Below are positions 1-6,965 of a stretch of DNA of 12,385 bases, one piece after another. The stretch is from Candidatus Thorarchaeota archaeon (GTDB lineage Archaea; Asgardarchaeota; Thorarchaeia; Thorarchaeales; Thorarchaeaceae). Position numbers and translations under genes: made by a program. The stretch lies in assembly GCA_016839445.1 (NCBI GenBank), contig JAEOUG010000014.1:1-12385 (forward strand). Reading direction: 5' to 3'. A model generated the notes under the pieces. That model was not told the DNA's origin. It ran no database searches and saw nothing but the letters and a program-made list of their open reading frames with translations. Position 1 is the stretch's first letter. Every line of letters begins with the position of its first letter.

Positions 1-77
1 TGTGTGAGTCCTTCTAGGCGTGCACCCCAAGTAGTTGATAGAAAGGGCTTTCTGATACTGATTCATATGCTAGGCTA

Positions 78-548
78 ATGAGTGACGCCAAGGCCCTGCA
101 TAGTCTCCTCAATATAGCTCTGACCACGTCTGCAAACCACTACGATTTCTACCTAAAGGCCGCTCGAGCAGTAGAGACGCCTCAGGTCAAGGCGCTCCTT
201 TTGGTGCTCTCGGAAACAGAGGGCGACCTCATTGAGAGGATTCGGGGAATGATGGCAACAGGAATCCTTGAGGAAATTGAGGAGATTGCGAAGGCGCCAC
301 ACGAAGATGATCCCGACCCAACACCCTTCGGTATGGACCGAACACCTTTTTCCGCCAGCAATCCGGACACTGACCCCCGACTCTTTGCCTGTAATCGCGC
401 TCTGGAGATGGAGTTCAAGGGCTACGCCTTCTACAAGTCAGTTGCAGGGCGCGCAAAGTCCGAGGTCGTACGCAGGTTATTCGAGTACTTCGCGCACATC
501 AAATCACTGCAGATTGACAAGATACGCAGGGTCTGCTCCAGCTTCTAG
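78..548 (+). CDS. Ferritin-like / rubrerythrin-fold protein with apparently degenerate diiron ligands
   Basis: Two repeated helix pairs typical of rubrerythrin-like bundles: 'LNIAL...YDFYLKAARAVETPQVKALL' and 'RALEMEFKGYAFYKSVAGRAKSEVVRRLF'. The ExxH motifs are missing. Confidence 0.75.
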   Translation: MSDAKALHSLLNIALTTSANHYDFYLKAARAVETPQVKALLLVLSETEGDLIERIRGMMATGILEEIEEIAKAPHEDDPDPTPFGMDRTPFSASNPDTDPRLFACNRALEMEFKGYAFYKSVAGRAKSEVVRRLFEYFAHIKSLQIDKIRRVCSSF

Positions 549-640
549 GTTTCTCTCAGTCTCTCTCTCGCTACACTCGAATTCCATTAGAACATGTGTT
601 CTAACCACATTTACTTAGACATATTCCTTAAAGAATAACT

Positions 641-664
641 AAATAGATATATTTATATGTATTT
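641..664 (+). promoter_or_regulatory. AT-rich promoter (TTTATAT at 652-658) inside an imperfect inverted repeat
   Basis: AAATAGATATA (641-651) and TATATGTATTT (654-664) form an 11-bp inverted repeat with 1 mismatch, in an AT-rich intergenic patch upstream of 766. Confidence 0.45.
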
Positions 665-765
665 GAAACTATTACATACTATACCGGCCGGGAGGCCGAA
701 AACAGTGGATACCGTCGACTTCCTCCACAGGAAATGAAGGGGGTAGAGGGTCTCCACAGGAGCAG

Positions 766-1152
766 ATGGCGAGAATGACCGAGACCTCAACGGTGTTTAT
801 CCCTCCTGTGCAGTTGGAGAGCTTCACCGAGTTCATGAGAATGGCCAGAGATGCTGCAGTTGTGGTGTTTAGTCCAGAGTATCTCCAGAGCCCCTTCCTA
901 GACGATGAGCGACGACTGAGACGCCTCACTGTGACAGCAGTAGGCGTGAAGCGAAAAGACGTTCCTCTTACGTTCAAGTACACTGTGGACCATGAAAGGG
1001 CCGTAGAGGCCCACCAGGGAATGGACCCCAGCTCTGCCCTGAGCAAGATGGTCCTCGAGATCCGACAGGAACTGGAATACTACGGGAACGTCGTCAACGG
1101 GAACATCGACTCCGAGACCACCCTCGGAGAGCTACTGGAAGCAAGACCATAG
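766..1152 (+). CDS. Hypothetical protein (128 aa)
   Basis: ATG start preceded by AGGAG (758-762); globular composition; no family recognised. Confidence 0.75.
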   Translation: MARMTETSTVFIPPVQLESFTEFMRMARDAAVVVFSPEYLQSPFLDDERRLRRLTVTAVGVKRKDVPLTFKYTVDHERAVEAHQGMDPSSALSKMVLEIRQELEYYGNVVNGNIDSETTLGELLEARP

Positions 1153-1272
1153 AGCTCACGAAGACTACCTGCACCATCAGGCAGTGCTACTCCAACACAA
1201 TCAATGCCATCTGCATCTGCCGCCTTACCGATAGTGCTTTCTGCATCAGTGACTATGAGGCCCTGAGATACG

Positions 1273-1794
1273 TTGAACGAACCCGAGCCTGCGGATGTCA
1301 TTGTGCCAAGAATCCTCCAGCGCTATTCCGAACATCCTAGAGGCTGGCGGGTCATGAGCACTCCTCGCGGAGAGATGCTCGTTCTCAGTCCAGAGTCTGC
1401 TTTTCAGCTGAAGCTCATACCACTGAACCCTTACGAGTTCACAGGTGCTGGTGTTGAGATCCCCAGCTCGAGCAAGTCCATTGAAACCATCCGGTCTTCT
1501 CCTGAATTCGGCCTGCGCCCACTGGATGACTCTGACCTGGCCAGTATTGCACATGCGCTCAGCTCGCGTGAGGAGGCTGAGTCGAAGCTGGGCGAACTCC
1601 TTCGGCGAACACCCATGTCCCTGGAGGACCTGGCCAGTGGCACGTCATCACACATTCTCAGGGGCCCCGTGCTGGTACGGCCTGACCTAGGGTCTCTGGA
1701 TCCCGACATGCTCAGGGTTCAAAGTGATCTTGACAAGTCCGCTCACAACATCTTCGCGGAGAAGTACCCCATGCGGTCAGGGATGTACTTCTAG
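1273..1794 (+). CDS. Hypothetical protein resembling conserved archaeal hypotheticals with PxGWRV...LK...NPYE.xG
   Basis: 173-aa ORF with TTG start, GC-rich like the neighbouring core genes. The family resemblance is from memory and unverified. Confidence 0.75.
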   Translation: MNEPEPADVIVPRILQRYSEHPRGWRVMSTPRGEMLVLSPESAFQLKLIPLNPYEFTGAGVEIPSSSKSIETIRSSPEFGLRPLDDSDLASIAHALSSREEAESKLGELLRRTPMSLEDLASGTSSHILRGPVLVRPDLGSLDPDMLRVQSDLDKSAHNIFAEKYPMRSGMYF

Positions 1795-1857
1795 ACCACA
1801 TCGCTTTAGCCAGCAGAATCTGAATCTTGATTGGGCAAGGTTTCAGAGAGGGCAAGA

Positions 1858-1896
1858 ATGGCGGGCTGGACGTGATTTGAACACGTGACCACCGCA
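1858..1896 (-). repeat. Distal att-like duplicate of the tRNA-Val(GAC) 3' end (tRNA position 39 to CCA)
   Basis: ATGGCGGGCTGGACGTGATTTGAACACGTGACCACCGCA matches 3912-3950 at 37/39 positions, in direct orientation. Confidence 0.92.
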
Positions 1897-1980
1897 ATAC
1901 CAAGACAACCAGATGTGATGAACGAAGTCAGGGGAATTCTGTGTCGGACCAGATTCATGGATAGATGAAGAACAGGGAGA

Positions 1981-2000
1981 AGAGGGCACGATGGCCCTCT
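1981..2000 (-). terminator. Hairpin terminator of the island cargo gene
   Basis: AGAGGGC-N6-GCCCTCT, a 7-bp perfect stem just past the stop at 2009, followed on the minus strand by pyrimidine-rich TCTCCCTGTTCTTC. Confidence 0.6.
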
Positions 2001-2008
2001 CCATCTTC

Positions 2009-3520
2009 CTACAAACCACGGAATAGACCTATGATTCCCATTTTCTGTTCCATTGCTTCTGCTATGTCTTGACCTGGAGGGTTACCCATGTTGTTGACTC
2101 CAACTACGGTGTTTGCGTAGCCTTGGTCAACCACTGACGTCTTGCTACCCACGACAGTGCAGTAGCTTGTCCCTATTCCAAGCCAGACTCCAGCTGACCA
2201 TCCCCAGTAAGGTGAATCGACGATATTCTGGACATTGTTCCCGAGAATAGTCCATCCACTGTTTAAATCACCCCAAGCCCCCATGTAGATTCCTGCTAGC
2301 CCGTTCCCACTGACTACATTGCTTGTGACAACAGCATTCTGTGCGAAGTATCCCCAGATACCGCCCCACATGTTATCCACTAACGAGATCCTGTTGCCGG
2401 AAACCACAGCGTTCAGTGATATGACTCCATGATACAGATATGCTTGATCAACGAGTCCTATTGCATCGGCGTCATACTTTGCAGTGATGGTGTTGTGGGA
2501 GATTTCGACATTAAAGGATGTGGCGATTCCTTCTGGTGATGCCCAAGTGTATGCATGTGCGCCGGAATAGTAGACGCTCTCAATCGTGTTTCTAGTTACA
2601 AGAACTGAGCTTGGTTGTATTGTAGTAGTTCCAAAGCCAAATTGGCTCTGATAACCATGGTAAAGACCAATGTGGTCAAATCCTGCAAGATCATTGTCGG
2701 AAACTCTCGAGATTGTGTTTCCACAGTCCTGAATCATCAGTGATTGGCCTGCATCACGGAGCACATTGTTCTCTATGATGACTGAGGAATCAACCAATCT
2801 GATGACACCAGTCCCATACGCCAGGTTGCTGAATGACGAGTCCTCAACAGAGAAACTACCATAGATTGCTGGCTCCCAGCCTGACCAGTATGGATATAGA
2901 TGATTTCCCGTTATGAAAAGACCGCCTGCGTTTGCGCCAAGCGGATTGAAGTGGAACCACTCTGCCGGATACACTCCCACCTCACCGCTCAGATCCATCC
3001 CTGAGAATGAGAAGTCCACATGAGCGAGTTCGTATTCGTCGGGGCTGTTAAAGATGCCCGGGTACGCTCCTAGAATCCAGAAGATCATGCCAGGATCCCA
3101 TCCAGGAAAGGTCGTTAGATGGTTTCCGAGGACTTGAACACTCATATCAGATATGCTAAGACTGCTATCATCCTCCTGATAGAAATGAAACATGTCTGGA
3201 ACCAACCAGTAGGAATCCAAAGGATATACCCCATTGGTCTTTATCACGGTCACATCTCTCCCTGCTCCTTTGAAAGCTCCATCGAAACCACTCACGGAAA
3301 TGGTGCTAGTTAGCAGATACGTTCCCTCAACAAGCTGAACTGTGCTTCCCGGACCTACAGCAACAGCTGCATCAAAAGCAGCCTGTAAGTTGTCAGTATC
3401 GTCTATCCCTGTTGGATACACGATGAACACTGAATCTTCTGCACTTGCTAGTAGAGGGACCGCTAAGACAACGCAGAGCCCCACAACTACTGCAAATGCT
3501 TTCAATCTCTTCTCTCTCAT
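2009..3520 (-). CDS. Secreted right-handed parallel beta-helix (pectin-lyase-like / NosD-like) protein
   Basis: The likely start is ATG 3520 after AGGAGGAG, rather than GTG 3541. Signal peptide MREKRLK-hydrophobic-ASA; N-terminal 'PTGIDDTDNLQAAFDAA...VQLVEGTY' motif; repeated I/V-x-x-N-x-I/V turns (IENNVL, VTRNTI, ISHNTI, VSGNRI, ILGNNV). Confidence 0.85.
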   Translation of the reverse strand: MREKRLKAFAVVVGLCVVLAVPLLASAEDSVFIVYPTGIDDTDNLQAAFDAAVAVGPGSTVQLVEGTYLLTSTISVSGFDGAFKGAGRDVTVIKTNGVYPLDSYWLVPDMFHFYQEDDSSLSISDMSVQVLGNHLTTFPGWDPGMIFWILGAYPGIFNSPDEYELAHVDFSFSGMDLSGEVGVYPAEWFHFNPLGANAGGLFITGNHLYPYWSGWEPAIYGSFSVEDSSFSNLAYGTGVIRLVDSSVIIENNVLRDAGQSLMIQDCGNTISRVSDNDLAGFDHIGLYHGYQSQFGFGTTTIQPSSVLVTRNTIESVYYSGAHAYTWASPEGIATSFNVEISHNTITAKYDADAIGLVDQAYLYHGVISLNAVVSGNRISLVDNMWGGIWGYFAQNAVVTSNVVSGNGLAGIYMGAWGDLNSGWTILGNNVQNIVDSPYWGWSAGVWLGIGTSYCTVVGSKTSVVDQGYANTVVGVNNMGNPPGQDIAEAMEQKMGIIGLFRGL

Positions 3521-3951
3521 ACTCTCTCCTCCTAGATTCACGATGGAAATCGATGAACAAAGAAACAGGGTTGAATCAACTGACCCGTCCGAGTCAGACT
3601 AATCAATGAGTGCTTCTGATACCACAGAATTGTCTTCGCAATTGTGAGATAGTGCACGGGTTCGACTTAAGGCTTGCATTAGTGAGCGAGGGCACGAATT
3701 GATCAGATAACTGGGGCTGACTTGGTTTCCAAGACCTCCCTGAGTGTCGGACTTGACCCTCAAATGACCAGGAATCAGAAGTATCTACAGACACTCAAAC
3801 TCAACGAACGGGCTCATGTTTGCCATTACTGTCACAACATAGCTCACTGGGAGTTAGACATCCTAGGAGTTTCTTGGGATTCGCTTCCTGCAACTTTGAA
3901 GAAGAAGAGTGATGGTGGGCCGGACGTGATTTGAACACGTGACCACCGCAC

Positions 3952-3981
3952 GTTTGAGCGTGCGTGGAAGTCAGGCTCGCA
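3952..3981 (-). other. Canonical 37/38 tRNA intron (30 nt) with BHB
   Basis: Central helix UUGA/UCAA, bulges CA^U and AC^G, intron helix GCG/CGC. Confidence 0.9.
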
Positions 3982-3995
3982 TGTCAATGCGGTAT

Positions 3996-4027
3996 GTGCT
4001 AGCTGACTGGAGTGACTCCAGTCTGCA
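3996..4027 (-). other. Non-canonical 23/24 D-arm tRNA intron (32 nt) with relaxed BHB
   Basis: Central helix GCUA/UAGC, bulges UG^U and AC^A, intron hairpin GC-A-GACUGGAG/CUCCAGUC-A-GC. Only this junction restores the D-stem pairs U11-A24 and C12-G23. Confidence 0.85.
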
Positions 4028-4108
4028 CATAGCCGGGCTAGACCACCGGCCCAGGAGCGAATTCACTCACCAAGCCTGACGATTAAAAACGTTGCGACGC
4101 AGTCCAGA

Positions 4109-4561
4109 CTACCTGCCAGTACTTCCAAACCCACCTTCTCCCCGGGAGCTCTCCGTGAGTATCTCGACCTCTACGAACTCCACTCTTGGTACAGGGCGGA
4201 TGGCGAGCTGACTGATCCGCATACCCTTCTCTATCTTGAAGGGCTTCTGGCTCAGGTTGATGATGATAGTCTTGACCTCTCCTCTGTAGCCACTATCGAT
4301 GGTTCCTGGTGTATTGAGAACCGTGAGTCCTGCATTGACGGCAAGACCACTTCGCGGTCTGACCTGTCCCTCGAACCCGGGTGGAATCTCGACGACCAGT
4401 CCTGTAGGAACAGCCGCTCTCTCTCCCGGCTTCAACTCCATGTCTTCGACTGAATAGAGATCAAAGGCGGCATCCCCTGGATGGCCAAGCGTTGGGATCA
4501 CTGCATCTGGAGAGATGCGTTTGACTCGAACCATGACGGGGCGCTGATCATCGGACATCAT
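4109..4561 (-). CDS. dut: Trimeric dUTP diphosphatase
   Basis: All five motifs present: AAFDL, RPRSGLA, GTIDSGYRGE, RISQL, RGEGGFGSTG. Confidence 0.97.
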   Translation of the reverse strand: MMSDDQRPVMVRVKRISPDAVIPTLGHPGDAAFDLYSVEDMELKPGERAAVPTGLVVEIPPGFEGQVRPRSGLAVNAGLTVLNTPGTIDSGYRGEVKTIIINLSQKPFKIEKGMRISQLAIRPVPRVEFVEVEILTESSRGEGGFGSTGR

Positions 4562-4642
4562 CAGTTCTCTCCATGCTCACTTAGGATGCACTCCTGGGAC
4601 TTTGATATACGTATACTGGACAACATTACACACTAAGTAACA

Positions 4643-4675
4643 TTTATATACTGTATATGCTACAGTATATACTGT
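4643..4675 (+). promoter_or_regulatory. TATA box overlapped by a palindromic operator (putative PadR site)
   Basis: TTTATATA at 4643-4650; perfect 11-bp inverted repeat TATATACTGTA-N5-TACAGTATATA (4645-4671); perfect 14-bp palindrome ACAGTATATACTGT (4662-4675). Confidence 0.75.
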
Positions 4676-4742
4676 GTACGACCCAGTACTTGGCAAGAAC
4701 CAATGGTGGTCGGAATACAACAACAAGACAGAGGTAAACTAC

Positions 4743-5111
4743 GTGTCAATGTCAAAGAAGACTCAGGACGAGCTTGAGCGCTGGTCCAAAGAAGTCAAGC
4801 GGGGCGCAGTGACTCTCGCCATCCTGGCTCTCCTCAGCAAGAGAAGGGCCTACGGATACGAGGCTGTCAAGCTCCTCGATGAGAAGATGTCTTTCTTGGC
4901 TCTCGAACAGGGCACGGTCTATCCTTTGCTGAGGCGACTTGAGAAACGCGAGCTCCTGAGGTCTGAGTGGGACTACGAGGATCCAACCAAGCCCAAGAAG
5001 TACTACACCGTGACCAAGGAGGGCCTGATGGCCCTGGGAGCCATGACCCGTGACTGGTCGACTCTCTCGCGCGAGATGCGCGATGTGTTAACGGAGGTTG
5101 AATCTAATTGA
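4743..5111 (+). CDS. PadR-family winged-helix transcriptional regulator
   Basis: KRGAVTLAILALL, YGYE, GTVYPLLRRLE, PKKYYTVTKEG. The start is probably GTG 4743 or ATG 4749 after GAGGT (4731-4735); the track start at 4674 lies inside the operator. Confidence 0.93.
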   Translation: MSMSKKTQDELERWSKEVKRGAVTLAILALLSKRRAYGYEAVKLLDEKMSFLALEQGTVYPLLRRLEKRELLRSEWDYEDPTKPKKYYTVTKEGLMALGAMTRDWSTLSREMRDVLTEVESN

Positions 5112-6235
5112 GTAGCAATGACCCATTGAAACTGATTGAGCAGTACCTAGAACGTGTGAGGGTGTATCTTCCTCTGGACAGCGAGGATACCATCGTCGAG
5201 CTTCAGACTCATCTGATTGAGGAGTCCGAGCGAATAGGCGGTGGGACAATGACAGCCGGCTCTGCCATGATGGCCATTGAGAGAATGGGCGACCCCAAGA
5301 CAGTCGCCAACGAGTATGCAGGCTCGGGTAAGAAGGTTGGTCCTGTACCCGCGGAATATGTGACTCCCGTGAGTCGCATCGCCGTTGTGCTTGTCGCACT
5401 GGGCCTGGCCGTCACTGTGGGTGCCTATATGATTGGCATCACCCTGACGGAGATCTTCGGAACTAGCATTACGAACTGGCCGCTAGCCCTTCCACTGACG
5501 ATTAGCGTGAATCTAGTGATTGCTTTCGTAATCATCGGAATCATTCTCGCCCTTGATCGTGATAAGCCACCCACCGAGAAGACGCTCCTTGAGGGGATCT
5601 TCGGTGTAGGTGTGGAGGGCTTCAAGCCCAAGAGCAAGTGGGACGCTGCAGGTGACCTAGTGATGGGCATCCTTTGGGGTATTGTCATCATGCTGCCTGC
5701 GGTTGTGGTGCTGTACACCGAGGACTTTGCCGCTATCTACATGAGCATCGTGATCTTCCTATTCCTGGGTGCATTCCGGGGAGCTCTCTTCCTCGTGGGA
5801 GGGGAGAACAACCTGAACCTGATGGTTGAGGCCTTCCTCAGCGTGCTTTGGATAGCGATTGCAGCAACGATGGTGGGCAACGGGATAGGCTTCCCCTTGG
5901 AGTCTATCTACATGAATGATGGTAGCGGCTGGACCATAGAACCTCTTCTACCGTTCTTCATTGAGAATGATATCCCCATGGTCCCCTTTGACTGGATCTG
6001 GGCGTTCTTCATCTTCATCACTGTGGCTGTTGCGGTGTGGCGCGTCTTCGTGTCAGTCATGAAGATCTCCATGTACCTGAGGCAGGGCAAAGGCCTCTGG
6101 TGGCAGGGAAGCAGGGGTGAGCGCCGCAGGCTAACCAAGCCCTTCTGGAAGAAGGTCGTTGGTGATAAGACAGAATCCGGCCAGAGAAGTACCTCCTATC
6201 AGGATGGATACTCTGGCTCTGAGAATTCTCAGTAG
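5108..6235 (+). CDS. Multi-pass membrane protein with N-terminal HAAS signalling domain (PadR partner)
   Basis: N-terminal 'IEQYLERVRVYLP...IVELQTHLIE...AIERMGDPKTVANEY' followed by about 6 TM segments. TTG start overlaps the PadR TGA; SD GGAGGT upstream. Confidence 0.85.
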   Translation: MSSNDPLKLIEQYLERVRVYLPLDSEDTIVELQTHLIEESERIGGGTMTAGSAMMAIERMGDPKTVANEYAGSGKKVGPVPAEYVTPVSRIAVVLVALGLAVTVGAYMIGITLTEIFGTSITNWPLALPLTISVNLVIAFVIIGIILALDRDKPPTEKTLLEGIFGVGVEGFKPKSKWDAAGDLVMGILWGIVIMLPAVVVLYTEDFAAIYMSIVIFLFLGAFRGALFLVGGENNLNLMVEAFLSVLWIAIAATMVGNGIGFPLESIYMNDGSGWTIEPLLPFFIENDIPMVPFDWIWAFFIFITVAVAVWRVFVSVMKISMYLRQGKGLWWQGSRGERRRLTKPFWKKVVGDKTESGQRSTSYQDGYSGSENSQ

Positions 6236-6246
6236 TCACTTCAAGC

Positions 6247-6274
6247 GGGGGAATTCGTTCCCCCCTCTCTTTTT
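6247..6274 (+). terminator. Stem-loop plus U-tract terminator
   Basis: GGGGGAA-TTCG-TTCCCCC followed by CTCTCTTTTT, 11 nt after the stop at 6235. Confidence 0.8.
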
Positions 6275-6319
6275 CGTGATACTGGCAAATGAAATGTCCA
6301 CTAGACAGGACTTGTCAGA

Positions 6320-6610
6320 CTAGCCATGCCGTGTTGGAGTTGGCTTTCTTGCCTTTGCCTCTCGAATGTGCACCTTGCCAGAGTGAACTGCGCAGCTGAC
6401 GCAATAGTAAGATGTTACACGTCTGGACTGAATGTACGTGCCCTGCTGACGGAGTTCTCTGGCTATTTGTGGTTCCACCGGAGTGACATTCTTAGTGTAT
6501 TTCTTAGCCTTGTCTGCCGGGACCATACGCCCGCATCTTGAGCATTGTACTGATCCTTTGTGGCCAGATCCGCCCTTCGCCCGACCTGATGATTTCCTCT
6601 TCTTCGCCAA
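6320..6610 (-). CDS. rps26e: Small-subunit ribosomal protein eS26 (S26e)
   Basis: KKRKSSGRAK, VQCSRCGRMVPADKAKK and YYCVSCAVH match the S26e zinc-binding pattern. TTG start with SD AGGTGG. Confidence 0.95.
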   Translation of the reverse strand: MAKKRKSSGRAKGGSGHKGSVQCSRCGRMVPADKAKKYTKNVTPVEPQIARELRQQGTYIQSRRVTSYYCVSCAVHSGKVHIREAKARKPTPTRHG

Positions 6611-6794
6611 ACCCTGAACTATTCCACCTTGGCTTTGTGCTTGCCCAGTGCGCGCTGCACTGAAGCTTATAGCCTTGTGGATGCGCTCAAAGCCTAATCT
6701 GGCGTAATCCCTCGTTAGATGGAAGCATAAGAAGGAGAAACATGGGCGAACAGCTCCCCGCAGAATCTGCAGTGAGGTGCTGTTCTGTGAGAAA

Positions 6795-6965
6795 TCACTG
6801 TTCAGTATGGATGATGCTGTTGCTCATAGCTGTCTTGGTGAAGTGCTTGCAGGCGCAGTCTTCACATCCGTCAATTCTGTTGGAATGGACCACTCGGTTG
6901 TGGCCGCAAATGCACTCGTCCATCGCTCTGAAGTCTATTGTCGCTTGTAGATTCGTATTTGTCAT
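6795..6965 (-). CDS. 56-aa Cys/His-rich putative zinc-binding microprotein (not in ORF track)
   Basis: MTNTNLQATIDFRAMDECICGHNRVVHSNRIDGCEDCACKHFTKTAMSNSIIHTEQ with CxCGHx4H...CxxCxCxxF. TATA-like TTTATCAA at 6991-6984 is placed for a near-leaderless transcript. Confidence 0.7.
   Translation of the reverse strand: MTNTNLQATIDFRAMDECICGHNRVVHSNRIDGCEDCACKHFTKTAMSNSIIHTEQ

Larger units (their letters stand above)
1858..3950. mobile_element. tRNA-Val-integrated genomic islet of ~2 kb, no integrase detected
   Basis: Flanked by the intact tRNA 3' end and its duplicate. One cargo gene. Spot GC counts: 25/60 (line 2401) and 23/60 (line 2581) inside, 36/60 (line 1501) outside. Confidence 0.7.
3913..4052 (-). 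tRNA. tRNA-Val(GAC) with two introns and encoded CCA
   Basis: Removing 3996-4027 and 3952-3981 gives a 78-nt cloverleaf: GGGCCGG TG GTCT AGCCCGGCTA TGAT A CCGCA TTGACAG TGCGG TGGTC ACGTG TTCAAAT CACGT CCGGCCC ACCA. TATA-like TTTTTAA at 4089-4083. Confidence 0.93.

Noticed and set aside
766-1794. ORFs 766-1152 and 1273-1794 share a frame, separated by TAG (1150) and TGA (1264): possible Pyl/Sec read-through fusion
   Set aside because: It would need two different recoding events, I saw no SECIS or catalytic context, and frame sharing has a 1-in-3 chance.
1859-1896. Possible 3' half of a split (trans-spliced) tRNA
   Set aside because: No GC-rich complementary leader, promoter or partner half is visible. 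Direct-repeat geometry with the nearby intact tRNA fits an att site better.
3654-3675. GGTTCGAC T-loop-like sequence inside the islet
   Set aside because: No T-stem, acceptor stem or cloverleaf can be built around it.
3722-3934. 70-aa ORF with CHYCH running into the tRNA 3' end: possible split SSV-type integrase fragment
   Set aside because: No tyrosine recombinase motifs, it stops inside the att, and no matching fragment continues at the other att.
4674-4742. Extended PadR N-terminus given in the ORF track
   Set aside because: The start codon lies within the operator next to the TATA box; SD and family length favour 4743 or 4749.
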